Of a DNA stretch of 64,000 nucleotides, positions 48,467 through 58,409 are shown in pieces. Within the stretch, counting starts at the first letter, position 1. Each line of letters starts with the position of its first letter. The notes beneath the pieces are model-generated. The model did not search any database. It saw only the letters and a list, made by a program, of their open reading frames with translations, and was not told the DNA's origin. The stretch is from a virus (taxonomy: Duplodnaviria; Heunggongvirae; Uroviricota; Caudoviricetes). The position numbers and the translations under genes were made by a program. Where the stretch lies: IMG/VR virus record IMGVR_UViG_3300025944_000008; one strand, 5' to 3'.

Positions 48467-49408
48467 CTAGGTGATTGTTACAGTCAGGGTCTCGCTGATG
48501 AAGGCCGGCGGGCTTGGCCAGAAGATCGACTGCGGCAGGGACCGAACTAAGGTGACGGTTCCGGTTCCCGTCTTGTACGGCGTCACCTGTGTGCTTCCGT
48601 TCGACAGGATGATGCTGAAGAGATCGGGATCCGAGTAGACGTAGTCGAGCCTTGCGAAGGGCGGTAGCTGTGTCCGATTGCTGGGAGTTGTCCCGCTCGT
48701 CGTTCCGTCCGCGTAGTGAATTGTTCCCAGCGTTGCGTCCCCGTTCGGCCCCGCCGCGAGCGGAATGGAAATAGAGTCCACTGAGAACTCCACCAGGACC
48801 GGCAATGGAAACAGCAAGTTCACCAACGACACCGCTGGAAGCGGGGGCCCGATCACGTCCAGCGCCAGTGGGTCGATACCCAGGATCGGGAAGCTGTCGA
48901 CCGCTCTCAGGTAGGCCTTGTAGACGACCCCGCGCAGTAGGTCGAACTGGAAGTGTCCGTTCTGGTCCGGCTTGACCTCTATCTGCGACTGCACTGAGAC
49001 CAGATTTCCTCCGACCACTTGCAGGTCGGTCGTCGGTCGAAACGAGATCCGCAAGTCGTGAATCGGAAGGCCGTCCACGCCCAGAAGGTCGCCCGAAGCC
49101 CTGCACCGAAGAGGATCTGGTGATTCGGGCAAGGTGGAGACGTGACTCGAGACGAGAAAGTTGTTCGAGATCGCGAGCGAATCGACCACGATCCGCTGCG
49201 GCTGCCTTGGCAGGATCGAGACGCCTTGCTTGTAGAACAGGACGTTGTACGGCCCATCGGGGAGCAGGAAGGAAACGTTCCCACTGCTGTCCGTTGTCCC
49301 CGACGTAACGAGCGCGCCAAGCGTGGTGTAGATCTGCACCACCACTGACTGGACGGGCTGCGGCGACGGCTGGTCGTCCTGGACGGTCAGTTGGACTGGC
49401 GTCGACAT
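48467..49408 (-). CDS. Virion structural protein with carboxypeptidase-regulatory-like beta-sandwich motif, 313 aa
   Basis: SSGNVSFLLPDGPYNVLFYKQGV pattern; start at MSTPVQ (TAATG overlap with the upstream gene at 49408). Confidence 0.55.
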   Translation of the reverse strand: MSTPVQLTVQDDQPSPQPVQSVVVQIYTTLGALVTSGTTDSSGNVSFLLPDGPYNVLFYKQGVSILPRQPQRIVVDSLAISNNFLVSSHVSTLPESPDPLRCRASGDLLGVDGLPIHDLRISFRPTTDLQVVGGNLVSVQSQIEVKPDQNGHFQFDLLRGVVYKAYLRAVDSFPILGIDPLALDVIGPPLPAVSLVNLLFPLPVLVEFSVDSISIPLAAGPNGDATLGTIHYADGTTSGTTPSNRTQLPPFARLDYVYSDPDLFSIILSNGSTQVTPYKTGTGTVTLVRSLPQSIFWPSPPAFISETLTVTIT

Positions 49409-50385
49409 TATCCCTCTCGGATGGGCATGGGGGGAGCTTGGACGATGGAGAAGGGATCTGGCTGCGTCGAGAGAATGGCCAAGAGGTCGATGCTCGTGGC
49501 CGGTGATTGAGCCGCGGGCACGACGCACTCACGCGAGTAGCCGGAGCCCTCGAAGAAGACCCGAATCGTGGAACCGACGACCAGGTTTGTCTGCGCATGC
49601 CCAGATGCATCTGTGGTCAGCTCGATCCTATCGCTGCTCGGTAGTAAGCCATAGTCTATACTACCGTTTAGGAATTGTTGCATCACCACAGGCACGATAA
49701 TTATGCGCCGACCGACGACTGGCGCACCGGTAACCGAGACGAGGTCAACGGTCGCCAAGACGAGGCTTCCATTGGCCAAAACCTGAGACGGATTCGCCTG
49801 TTGGGGTGTCGAGAAGGCTGAAACCGCGTTGGTCTTTGAGCTCCAGTACCTCGTCTTGTACCAGTAGGTGGGATCTCCGCCGAGGTCCGTGAACTTGTAC
49901 TGGGTGTTCAGGAGCCCGATCAAGATTCTCGGCGCAACTCCGCTCTGAAGAGTCGAAGGAAGACCGAAGACCACGAGCGCGTTGCCCGTGAGCAAGATCG
50001 TCGAGCCGGTGCCGGTGAGCGGGTTGGTCAAGTCGAAGACAGCGTTGTCGTCTGGGTCGATCTGAGCCAGGCCAGGAATCGCCAGATTGATTTGCTGAAC
50101 GACGTCTTCGATTCGAAGCGGGCCTGGGCCGGTGTTGGCGTCGTGGAAGGTGATGGCGACTGGGTCGGCACTGCTCAGGGAGACGTTGAGCACGAGCCCA
50201 GAGACCGCCCACGGTGGTGAGGTGGTACTCTTCGCCACGGCCGCGGTCTCCGGCGAGCCGGTGATCTCGGTGTATGTGCCGCTCGACCCAGTCGTCGACC
50301 GCCAGACCTGCATATGGTCGTACAGCGCCAATACATTCTGGAGCTGGTCGAGAGGGATGTTGAATGTCAGAAGTGTCGCGGTCAT
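49408..50385 (-). CDS. Virion structural protein, 325 aa
   Basis: ORF in the late operon. Confidence 0.55.
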   Translation of the reverse strand: MTATLLTFNIPLDQLQNVLALYDHMQVWRSTTGSSGTYTEITGSPETAAVAKSTTSPPWAVSGLVLNVSLSSADPVAITFHDANTGPGPLRIEDVVQQINLAIPGLAQIDPDDNAVFDLTNPLTGTGSTILLTGNALVVFGLPSTLQSGVAPRILIGLLNTQYKFTDLGGDPTYWYKTRYWSSKTNAVSAFSTPQQANPSQVLANGSLVLATVDLVSVTGAPVVGRRIIIVPVVMQQFLNGSIDYGLLPSSDRIELTTDASGHAQTNLVVGSTIRVFFEGSGYSRECVVPAAQSPATSIDLLAILSTQPDPFSIVQAPPMPIREG

Positions 50386-50394
50386 GGCTCCTCG

Positions 50395-50898
50395 CTACGG
50401 CGTCGGAACGCGCTGGAAGATGCTCGTCATCGACGGGATACCGTTCTGGTCGAAGAGGTTGAACGTGTAGAGCGGCGTCGTCCGGTCGTCGTCGTAGATG
50501 ATGAGCTGGTTGGACGCAACGATCCACCTGTTGGTCTGAATCTTCCTCACGATGACAGAGACGGCTTCCGCATTCGTCGCGGCGGTGGCCGCACTGGCTG
50601 CGTTGGTGGCCGCTGCCGCGATCTGGTCGACGTCGAAGCTCTCTGGACGAAGGATGTCCGAATAGTAGCGACTGAGCGAGCTCGCTCCAGCGTCGATCAC
50701 GTAGCAGAGCAGGTGATTCGCGTGGAATGATGGAGTGAAGACGTACAAGCCACCTTTCACCTCAGTGATGGGTGGCTTCGGAAGAATGTCTGAACCAGTC
50801 TCGTCGCAGTACGTCAAGAAGGTCGGCGACTGACCAGTGAGCGGAGATCCGTCGACATTGCTGAACAATGCAAAGCCAACAACGTGGGGGCTGGCCAT
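50395..50898 (-). CDS. Hypothetical beta-rich protein, 167 aa
   Basis: ORF in the late operon. Confidence 0.5.
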   Translation of the reverse strand: MASPHVVGFALFSNVDGSPLTGQSPTFLTYCDETGSDILPKPPITEVKGGLYVFTPSFHANHLLCYVIDAGASSLSRYYSDILRPESFDVDQIAAAATNAASAATAATNAEAVSVIVRKIQTNRWIVASNQLIIYDDDRTTPLYTFNLFDQNGIPSMTSIFQRVPTP

Positions 50899-50938
50899 CT
50901 CTAAACGTCCTCCGTCTCCGCTCCCTGGTCAGAGAGCC

Positions 50939-51274
50939 TTACTTCTTGCTTGGCTCAGCCTTCTCGGGCTTCGGCGGCTCGGGCGGGCGAGCGCGCTGAA
51001 TCTCGCCGGAATCCGGGTCCACACCAACCGTGACGGTGAGCTGGTTCGGATCGATCTTGTACTGCTTGCAAATGCGCGCGATCTCCATGTCAAAGACCGC
51101 CGCATCAGCCCTCGCCGTCTCATAGATCCGCTTTCGGTTCGCCCACGCAGCCGTGAGCTTGAGGGCGTCCGTGATCGCCATCTTGGATGGCAAGTTCAAG
51201 GGAGGAGACGGCTTGGGCTCGGCGAGCGCGACGGTCGAGAGCAGCAGAGCTAGGATCGGGATCAGGATCTTCAT
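50939..51274 (-). CDS. Small secreted protein with Sec signal peptide, 111 aa
   Basis: MKILIPILALLLSTVALA|EPK signal peptide. GAGAGG RBS 7 nt before the ATG at 51274. The longer track start at 51313 lacks an RBS. No lipobox Cys. Confidence 0.55.
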   Translation of the reverse strand: MKILIPILALLLSTVALAEPKPSPPLNLPSKMAITDALKLTAAWANRKRIYETARADAAVFDMEIARICKQYKIDPNQLTVTVGVDPDSGEIQRARPPEPPKPEKAEPSKK

Positions 51275-51313
51275 GGTTGGCCTCTCAGTGATTGCCCGTC
51301 CCCTTTGTACCAC

Positions 51314-54300
51314 TTAGTTCAGGACTTCAACAGTGGTGACGGTTCCAGAGACAGTCTGGCTGGCAGCGCTGAGAGTAGCTTGCACGTCGACGGCAAGAGA
51401 TCCTGTCGTATTGATGGTGGTCGTACCGCCGTTGTTGTTCAAATCGGCGAAACCACGAGCGGTAGTCGAGGTCGGGAAGATGACGTTGCCGTCGACCATG
51501 ACCGTGCCGCTCGATCCACAGGTGCGGAAGGTCAGGAATGCATCGACGTCATAGCCCTTCGTGGTGAGCGACGCTCCAACCGTGCTGAGGGCGCCAGTCG
51601 TTGCGATTGTTGTGGCTCCCAGCTTGATGAGCCAGGTGAAGTTGCCTGGCGTCGCCGTAGTGGTGATGACCCCACCGTTGTGAATATGCAGGGTCTTGCC
51701 CGCCGCACAGAAGTTCGCTGGGAGGGTGGCCGTTCCAACGCCGGTGCCGACGATCGTGGCAGTGGTAGCAGTGTTGACCGTACCGTTCGCCGTTGAAGAG
51801 AAGGCGGTTCCCTGCAGCATCTGCTTGAGGCCGAGCTGCTGGGTAGCGAGAGCACTCTGAGTCGAGTCGGTCCAGACATCGCCGTTGGTCGGAGATCCTG
51901 GTGCCGACTGCGAGGCAACGTTGAAGGTGCCATTGACCGTCGAACGAACGCCCGTCTTCGAGATCGAGACGCTGGTAGCGTTCGAGGTGCCAAGCTGCAG
52001 CGCCGCGGCAGAGTCGACCGTAGTGTTACCGCTGCTCGTCGTGATGGTGGACGCTGCATTGCCGGTCAGACTGATGGCGCCAGTCAACTGAGTGAGGCCA
52101 CCAGTGATCGTCGTCGTAATACCAGAGCGGCCGATATTGACCGCGCTCGCGTTGGTGCCACCAATCGTGATGGTGCCGGCGGTGCCACTGTTGACCTTCG
52201 TTCCGCCATCGATCGTGACACTGCCACCGTTGACGTTGCCGCCGAACGCACCAACAGAGCCTGAGTTGCCAGCGGTGATGGTGACGTTACCACCAGGACC
52301 TGGGGGGCCCTGGGCACTGCCGTTTCCACCGTTTCCGCCGATGATTTGAGCGGCACCGCCAGTTCCGCCAGAGATGGAGTTGTTGTTGGTCGCTCCACCT
52401 GCTCCACCCTGCAAAGATGCAGCGCCACCGTTACCAGAAGCAGATCCGTTATTATTTGCTCCGCCAGCACCAGCGATAAGAGCCGCAGCGCCGCCCACAG
52501 CACCACCATCTGACGCACCACCGGCGCCGCCCTTACCCGCCGTGATAGTGACCGTTCCTGCAGCGCCAGACGTCGTCGCCGTTCCGCTCGAATCGCTACC
52601 GGCACCAGCGGTGATCGTAACCGCACCACCCTGTGCGCCAGATCCAGTGAAGCCGGAGATCATCGTGTTACCAGCACCGGCCAAGAGCTGAATCGAGCCA
52701 CCTGCGCCAGGGGCTGCGCTTGAGCTACCAACGGAACCCGCAGCAGCGTTGAGTTGGATACCGCCGCCAGTCGCAGCGGCACTTGATGCCGGAGTTCCAC
52801 CCGTGAGCACAACGGCACCACCGGCGCCGCCCGTAGCTCCCGTAGTCCACGTGCCTGCATTACCGCCAGTAATATTGACCGCGCCACCGGCGCCAACAGC
52901 TAGGCCAGAACCGCCGCTATTACCACCGACACCGCCATTGATGTTGACCGCACCGCCAACAGTAGCGCTGCTTCCGCTGCTTGTATTTCCTGCACCGGCA
53001 GTTATGAAGACTCGGCCAGCAGCACCAGGCGCAAACGCAAACCCATTTCCGCCGCCGCCAGCAACGACGGAGATATCACCACCGGCTCCACCAGCAACTG
53101 AACTACCTGGGCCTCCAAGCTGAGCTCCGAGGGCCAAAGGCGTGCCAGCGGTGTCGTTCGCAGCCGCCACCGTACCTGCTGTCAACTGCGAGGCAAAGAA
53201 GTTGCGACCACGAGCCGCATTGGAGCCGATGTCCATCGCCAGATCGCCACCTCCGAAGGCGATGGCCTGGCTGGTTCCAGAGATAGTGAGCGTGTTGTTG
53301 ATCGACATCGTGCCGCCAATTGCGACATTGGCGGGACTACCAACCGTCTGCACATCGATGACGGCAGTACCAAAGCCATCCTTCACAATGAGCGTGTCAG
53401 CGACGGTGCCGTTGTTGGCAATGATGACGCCACCACCATTGGCGGAGGACGTCGTGATCGTTTGATTTCCCGTCGTTGATCCGTGCGCATATACCGAAGA
53501 GAGCGTATTAGCGGCTGCGGTATAGGCCGTTGTCTGCGTAGTGCCGTCACTGAAATTCAGTGCGAGGGAGATTCCGGTCGCGCCAATATTGCAGTTGTTG
53601 GTGTTGGTGGTGCAGATATTGATATTGCCGAATGAGCCGGAGACCGTGTTGCCACCGCTGATAGTAACGCCACCACCGTTGCCCTGTCCGGCTCCACCAT
53701 CAGCTCCCGCATCACCACCTGCAATCGTGAGAAGGCCGCCGTTGCCAGACGCCTGCGCCGCCGATCCAGCACCACCCGTACCGCCCGTGAGGCTGGTCGG
53801 CCCACCGTCGCCCGCGAAGAGGGTGCTGGTAGCAGCCGCACCGGCACCAGCGCGAACGGTCATCGTGCCGCCGCTCTGGCCATTCACCGTCGAAGCGGTG
53901 CCGGCGTTGCCCGCGTTCACCGTGAGGTTCTTGCCCGCGACGTCTGTCGCAGCCGTCCCGATGTTGTACGTAGCGTTGGCCGTTCCCGAGAACTGCAGGA
54001 TCGAGGCGGACAGCGTCAGGTTGGTCGTATTGTTGAAGCGCCAGACGTAAGACGTTGCGCTCGCCGTATTGAAGATCGGCCCCGTTGTAAGAGTAGTACC
54101 GCCGATGGTGATTCCGGCCGTCGAGGTCGTTCCAATGGTGATTGAGCCGTTGACGCCCGTGCCGGATAGAGCACCACCATTGATTGCGACCGAGCCGCCG
54201 TTGCCGCCGCCAGTGCCGCCAGAAGTACCGCCCGAGCCACCATTGATGTTGACGCCACCACCGTTGCCTGGGCCGTTTGTCGAAGCCGCGCCCGTGCCGC

Positions 54301-57300
54301 CCTGACCGCCCTGCACAGTCGCCGCACCACCAACACCAGCAGTGCCTCCAGACGTAGTCGTCGCCGTACCACCCTGGCCCGCAAACAGCGTGGCAGTGCC
54401 ACCAGCACCACCAGGCGTCGCACCAGAGCCGTTGCCACCGTTGCCTTGGCCGAAGAGTAGAGCAGTGCCGGCCACGCCAGTGCCTGGAGTGGTGGCGCGG
54501 ACAATGCCGCCTGGGATGATGATGTTCTGGCCAGAGCGGCCGATGCTCACCTGACCACTGTTGGTCCCACCGATGGTGATGGTGCCGGCTGCTGCTGACC
54601 CAGAAGTGGTGCCCGTATCGATGACGACGTTGCCAGCGCTCGCTCCACCATTGCTACCCTGGACGAGACCGCCATTGCCGGACTGCAGTGTGAGGGTTCC
54701 GCCCGTGCCCGAGGCGCCTGGGGCCGTTCCGGTACCACCCTGCCCGCCTGCGCCAGCCTGAATGGTCCACGCTGCACCATTACCGCCGATGCCGCCGTTG
54801 CCAGTGCCGTTACCTGCTCCGGCGTCGCCACCCTTGTTCGCGGTCCATGCCCACGCTGCGCTCGTAGCGCCATTACCACCATTGCCGTTCGTAACGCCAG
54901 AACCGCCGTTGCCACTCTGAGCGCTCGAGATGGTAATTGCACCCGCCGAAGAGCCACTGTTGCCACTGCTTGCGAGACCCGCTCGACCAATGCCGGCGGT
55001 GATGGTAATTGAGGACCCAGTACCTGCACCGGCACCATTATCTGCGCCACCTGCCTGGCCACTGATCTGAATCGCACCAGCAGCGCCGCCAACAGCCGAT
55101 GCGGTACCGTCGGCAGGGATGGCGCCAAGAACTTGTGTTAGACCGCCCGCCGCGCCGGTGTTATTGCTGCCGCTGGGGGCGACACCCGTGCCGCCTCGAA
55201 TTGATGCAGTACCAGCAGTACCACCACCTGCGCCGTTATTCGTTCCACCAGGCCCACCACGAACAGTACCTGCGCCACCGTTGCCACCAAGGGCCGTAGC
55301 CGTGCCAGCGCCGCCAGAAGCACCCTGGATGACACTCTGGCCACCCGCGCCACCAGTCAGCGAGGCAGTGCCCGCGCCGCCGGTTCCGCCGTTCAGGTTA
55401 AGAGTTGCGCCGCTGCCACCACCCGTCGCTGAAGCGGCACCGCCATTACCAGCCTGAACGGTGAAAGTCGTTCCAGCAGTGTCAGCCGCAGCCGTCGCAA
55501 CATTGAGCGTCTTGCTCGTTCCACTTGCCCACTGAAGTGTGAGCATTGTGCCACCGAGAGTGACAGCGCTGACGGTTGCATCGAGAGTATTGCTCGCCCA
55601 CGTCAGATTCGAGTCGGCAAGTGTCGTCGAGCTCGAGGCGACAGGGATACGCCCAGAGGTCAAGCCACCGATCGTACCGCTAACTCCGCTCGATGTAGCC
55701 GCCGTAACCCGGCCCTGCGCATCGAGAGTGACTGAGCTGATGAAGTTGCCGCCACCGCCGATCGTGCCAGCACCAGGGCCGACGTTCGGAAGACCGATGG
55801 TGACCGTGCCTCCGAGAGAGACAGGGCTGCCGCTGACGCTGATCTGCCCCGCCGTTCCCGTGACGGTGATGGAGCTGTTGGCTAGCGCCGCATTCGGAAC
55901 TGTACCCCAAGACGGCGCAACACCAACGCCGCCAGAGAGCAGCACTTGGTTCGTCGCGACATCTGCAAGGTTGCCGATTGTATTCGATCCAGTTGCGTAA
56001 AGGATGTCGCCCGTTGTCGCCGCATTGGGCAAGGCCAGTGTCGACCAGACTGGAGCAGCCGCCGTTCCGCCAGACCGTAGATAGGAGCCAGCAGTGACGT
56101 CGGCGAGGCGAGACATTGCCTGTCCGCCGGACGTCGAGTACATCAGGTCGCCGGTAGTTGTCGGGGTACCAGTGAGGCAGGTTGTGCAGGTAAGAGTAAG
56201 CGTGCCGCCCAAGGAGACGGACCCACCGCCTCCAAGAGGGCCGGTCGTGCTGATCGTGACCGAGCTATTCGTCAGTGCTGCGTTCGGAACGGTTCCCCAA
56301 GCAGGTAGTGTTCCTGTGCCCTGCGACAGAAGAACCTGATTCACCGCGACAGCAGTGATGCGGCCGACTGCGTTCGTGGCTGTGGCAGCCAACAGATCGC
56401 CCGTCGTTGCGGCGTTCGGAAGAGTCAGCGTCGACCAGAGCGGTGCGGCAGACGAGCCTCCCGAGCGGAGGTACGAGCCAGCAGCAACGTCTGCGAGCGC
56501 GGTCATGGCCTGACCGCCGCTCGTCGAGTAGAGGATATCGCCGATCGCTGACGGTGTACCAACGATGCAAGTCGCGCAGGCGAGAGTGACAGTACCGCCC
56601 AGCGACACTGTGGTACCGCCAGTGATTGGCGAAGTTGTAGAGATGGTGATGGAGCTGTTCGTCAGAGCCGCATTCGGGACAGTTCCCCACGCAGGAAGAG
56701 TCCCGACGCCCTGTGACAGAAGGACTTGGTTCACCGCAACAGCGGTGATTCGACCCATCGTATTCGAGGCGCTCGCCGCGAATAGGTCACCCGTAGTCGC
56801 TGCGTTCGGGAGAATGAGTGTAGACCAAAGAGGCGCAGCACCAACGCCTCCGCTCCGCAGGTATGATCCGACCGCGACGTCGGCGAGCGGAGAGAGTGAC
56901 TGGCCTCCCGCGGTCGAGTACAGGATGTCGCCAGTTGCCGTCGGTGTTCCAACAAGGCAAGTGCTGCAAGTCAGCGTAAGCGAGCCGCCAAGAGAGACTG
57001 TTCCTCCGCCGCCCACCGGTGCTGTGGTGTTGATGGTGACGGAGCTGTTGGTCAGCGAGCCGTTGCCGATGTTGGTCAGCGTGTTGGAGGCGCCGCTGAT
57101 TGTCTTGTTCGTCAGCGTGTCAGCGGTAGCCCGGCCGACAATGGTATCGGTTGCGTCTGGGAGGGTAAGCGTTCTCGTCGTGCTCGGATTCCAGCTCAGC
57201 GTTCCAAGCCCGGCGAGGTTGTCGAACGAGATCGATTTCGTCGTTCCCGTACCGTCACCAATGACTGGGGCCAGCGTAAACGTATGCGTTCCGGTCCAGG

Positions 57301-58126
57301 TTGGGCTGAATCCCTGATTGACTGAGATCGTGCGGTCGGCGGAGAGGTCTCCGATCGCATTGATGCCTGTTCCGCCTGTCAGCGTGCGGGTGACGTTTGT
57401 GACGGCAGTGACTCGTCCCTGCGCATCGAGTCCGACGCTATCACCCGTTGACCAGGTGTACGTTCCGGCACCCGGGCCAACGCTGGGGAGCACGCCAGAT
57501 GGAAGAGACGTGCTCCACGTCGGCGCCGTTCCAACTCCGCCAGAGACGAGAACTGATCCAGTCGCGACATCCGCCAAGCTGCCAATCGAGTTCGTACCAG
57601 TGGCGATGAGAATATCGCCGGTAGTAGCCGCATTCGGAAGTTTGAGCGTCGACCACAGCGGCAGAGCTCCAACACCTCCGCTTCGCAGATAGGAGCCGGC
57701 CGCAACATCTGCCAGCGGGGCCATGGCCTGGCCACCACTGATCGAGTACATGAGGTCGCCGCCGGCGGTAGGAGTGCCGGTGAGGCAGGTAGCGCAGGTC
57801 AGAAGAACAGAGCCACCAAGAGGAACGGTCGGGCTGCCACCACCGAGTGGAGACGATCCCTGGATGCTGATCGTCGAGTTGGCGAGAAGCGCATTGCCGA
57901 TCGAGCCGTTCGGAATAGTGACGTCGGTTCTGTTCGACCCGGAATTATCCGTCGCCTGGAGCGCACCGCTGAAATTGGCGATGCGCCTCTGAGGCAGAGC
58001 CGTTCCACCATTTTGAATCGTGGTGTATGACGGCGTCGGCGAAGGGGATTGTGCAAGTGCTGCAGATGCTGTGAAGAGCGCAAGCGCCCACACAGCAGCT
58101 CGGCATAGCCTCGTCGGTACCGACAC
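51314..58126 (-). CDS. Giant Gly/Thr/Ala/Ser-rich repeat protein with N-terminal signal peptide, 2270 aa (fibre/adhesin-like), GTG start
   Basis: GTG at 58126 with GGAGGA 9 nt upstream. N-terminus MSVPTRLCRAAVWALALFTASAALAQ|SP is signal-peptide-like. About 134-aa tandem repeats carry a CxTC pair (LGG…LTC(A/S/T)TC…GTPT…GD(I/L)(L/M)YS…LADVA.GSYLRSGG…LPNAATTGD), then long GGxGGxG tracts and a distinct C-terminal domain. Confidence 0.75.
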   Translation of the reverse strand: MSVPTRLCRAAVWALALFTASAALAQSPSPTPSYTTIQNGGTALPQRRIANFSGALQATDNSGSNRTDVTIPNGSIGNALLANSTISIQGSSPLGGGSPTVPLGGSVLLTCATCLTGTPTAGGDLMYSISGGQAMAPLADVAAGSYLRSGGVGALPLWSTLKLPNAATTGDILIATGTNSIGSLADVATGSVLVSGGVGTAPTWSTSLPSGVLPSVGPGAGTYTWSTGDSVGLDAQGRVTAVTNVTRTLTGGTGINAIGDLSADRTISVNQGFSPTWTGTHTFTLAPVIGDGTGTTKSISFDNLAGLGTLSWNPSTTRTLTLPDATDTIVGRATADTLTNKTISGASNTLTNIGNGSLTNSSVTINTTAPVGGGGTVSLGGSLTLTCSTCLVGTPTATGDILYSTAGGQSLSPLADVAVGSYLRSGGVGAAPLWSTLILPNAATTGDLFAASASNTMGRITAVAVNQVLLSQGVGTLPAWGTVPNAALTNSSITISTTSPITGGTTVSLGGTVTLACATCIVGTPSAIGDILYSTSGGQAMTALADVAAGSYLRSGGSSAAPLWSTLTLPNAATTGDLLAATATNAVGRITAVAVNQVLLSQGTGTLPAWGTVPNAALTNSSVTISTTGPLGGGGSVSLGGTLTLTCTTCLTGTPTTTGDLMYSTSGGQAMSRLADVTAGSYLRSGGTAAAPVWSTLALPNAATTGDILYATGSNTIGNLADVATNQVLLSGGVGVAPSWGTVPNAALANSSITVTGTAGQISVSGSPVSLGGTVTIGLPNVGPGAGTIGGGGNFISSVTLDAQGRVTAATSSGVSGTIGGLTSGRIPVASSSTTLADSNLTWASNTLDATVSAVTLGGTMLTLQWASGTSKTLNVATAAADTAGTTFTVQAGNGGAASATGGGSGATLNLNGGTGGAGTASLTGGAGGQSVIQGASGGAGTATALGGNGGAGTVRGGPGGTNNGAGGGTAGTASIRGGTGVAPSGSNNTGAAGGLTQVLGAIPADGTASAVGGAAGAIQISGQAGGADNGAGAGTGSSITITAGIGRAGLASSGNSGSSAGAITISSAQSGNGGSGVTNGNGGNGATSAAWAWTANKGGDAGAGNGTGNGGIGGNGAAWTIQAGAGGQGGTGTAPGASGTGGTLTLQSGNGGLVQGSNGGASAGNVVIDTGTTSGSAAAGTITIGGTNSGQVSIGRSGQNIIIPGGIVRATTPGTGVAGTALLFGQGNGGNGSGATPGGAGGTATLFAGQGGTATTTSGGTAGVGGAATVQGGQGGTGAASTNGPGNGGGVNINGGSGGTSGGTGGGNGGSVAINGGALSGTGVNGSITIGTTSTAGITIGGTTLTTGPIFNTASATSYVWRFNNTTNLTLSASILQFSGTANATYNIGTAATDVAGKNLTVNAGNAGTASTVNGQSGGTMTVRAGAGAAATSTLFAGDGGPTSLTGGTGGAGSAAQASGNGGLLTIAGGDAGADGGAGQGNGGGVTISGGNTVSGSFGNINICTTNTNNCNIGATGISLALNFSDGTTQTTAYTAAANTLSSVYAHGSTTGNQTITTSSANGGGVIIANNGTVADTLIVKDGFGTAVIDVQTVGSPANVAIGGTMSINNTLTISGTSQAIAFGGGDLAMDIGSNAARGRNFFASQLTAGTVAAANDTAGTPLALGAQLGGPGSSVAGGAGGDISVVAGGGGNGFAFAPGAAGRVFITAGAGNTSSGSSATVGGAVNINGGVGGNSGGSGLAVGAGGAVNITGGNAGTWTTGATGGAGGAVVLTGGTPASSAAATGGGIQLNAAAGSVGSSSAAPGAGGSIQLLAGAGNTMISGFTGSGAQGGAVTITAGAGSDSSGTATTSGAAGTVTITAGKGGAGGASDGGAVGGAAALIAGAGGANNNGSASGNGGAASLQGGAGGATNNNSISGGTGGAAQIIGGNGGNGSAQGPPGPGGNVTITAGNSGSVGAFGGNVNGGSVTIDGGTKVNSGTAGTITIGGTNASAVNIGRSGITTTITGGLTQLTGAISLTGNAASTITTSSGNTTVDSAAALQLGTSNATSVSISKTGVRSTVNGTFNVASQSAPGSPTNGDVWTDSTQSALATQQLGLKQMLQGTAFSSTANGTVNTATTATIVGTGVGTATLPANFCAAGKTLHIHNGGVITTTATPGNFTWLIKLGATTIATTGALSTVGASLTTKGYDVDAFLTFRTCGSSGTVMVDGNVIFPTSTTARGFADLNNNGGTTTINTTGSLAVDVQATLSAASQTVSGTVTTVEVLN
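55800..57850. repeat. About five tandem copies of a roughly 400-nt repeat inside the giant gene
   Basis: The protein-level 134-aa repeats are mirrored at DNA level. Near-identical peptides recur in same-frame antisense ORFs at about 55870, 56240, 56650, 57030 and 57730. Confidence 0.6.
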
Positions 58127-58181
58127 TTGTGGAGTCCTCCGTCCAGCATTCTCCCCTGATGGGGAAGGACTGGGAAGAGAA

Positions 58182-58409
58182 CTACTCGTTAGAAGGTTCT
58201 AGCGGGGAGCCGAGATAGTCGTTGATCGAGTTGGCCAGAATTTTCGAAGCGCCCTGAGCGTTGGCGTCTTGAAGACCGACGCTGCCTCCTCGCTTCTTGG
58301 AGATGTTGTCGAGGAAGTCGAATTGTGCATTCAACCGGTTCTTCTCTTTCGAGAACCAGTCGTCGGCGGCATCTTTGAGCTCTTGGAGTCTCTGCGCTGC
58401 ACCAGCCAT
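58182..58409 (-). CDS. Small protein translationally coupled to the sigma factor gene, 75 aa; candidate sigma partner / anti-sigma
   Basis: ATG overlaps the sigma-gene stop (TGATG at 58411-58407). Helical, charged sequence. Confidence 0.5.
   Translation of the reverse strand: MAGAAQRLQELKDAADDWFSKEKNRLNAQFDFLDNISKKRGGSVGLQDANAQGASKILANSINDYLGSPLEPSNE

Noticed and set aside
48501-49610. N-terminal part of the 512-aa minus-strand ORF 48072..49610
   Set aside because: Arg/Ser/Pro-rich sequence overlapping the well-behaved 313-aa and 325-aa genes in another frame. Only its last ~130 codons (48072-48466) look coding; these are reported separately.
51333-58202. Many plus-strand ORFs over the giant gene (e.g. 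52749-53123, 53541-54050, 56565-57317)
   Set aside because: Pro/Ala/Val-rich antisense translations of the GGx-rich gene. Their internal repetition simply mirrors the tandem repeats of the minus-strand gene.
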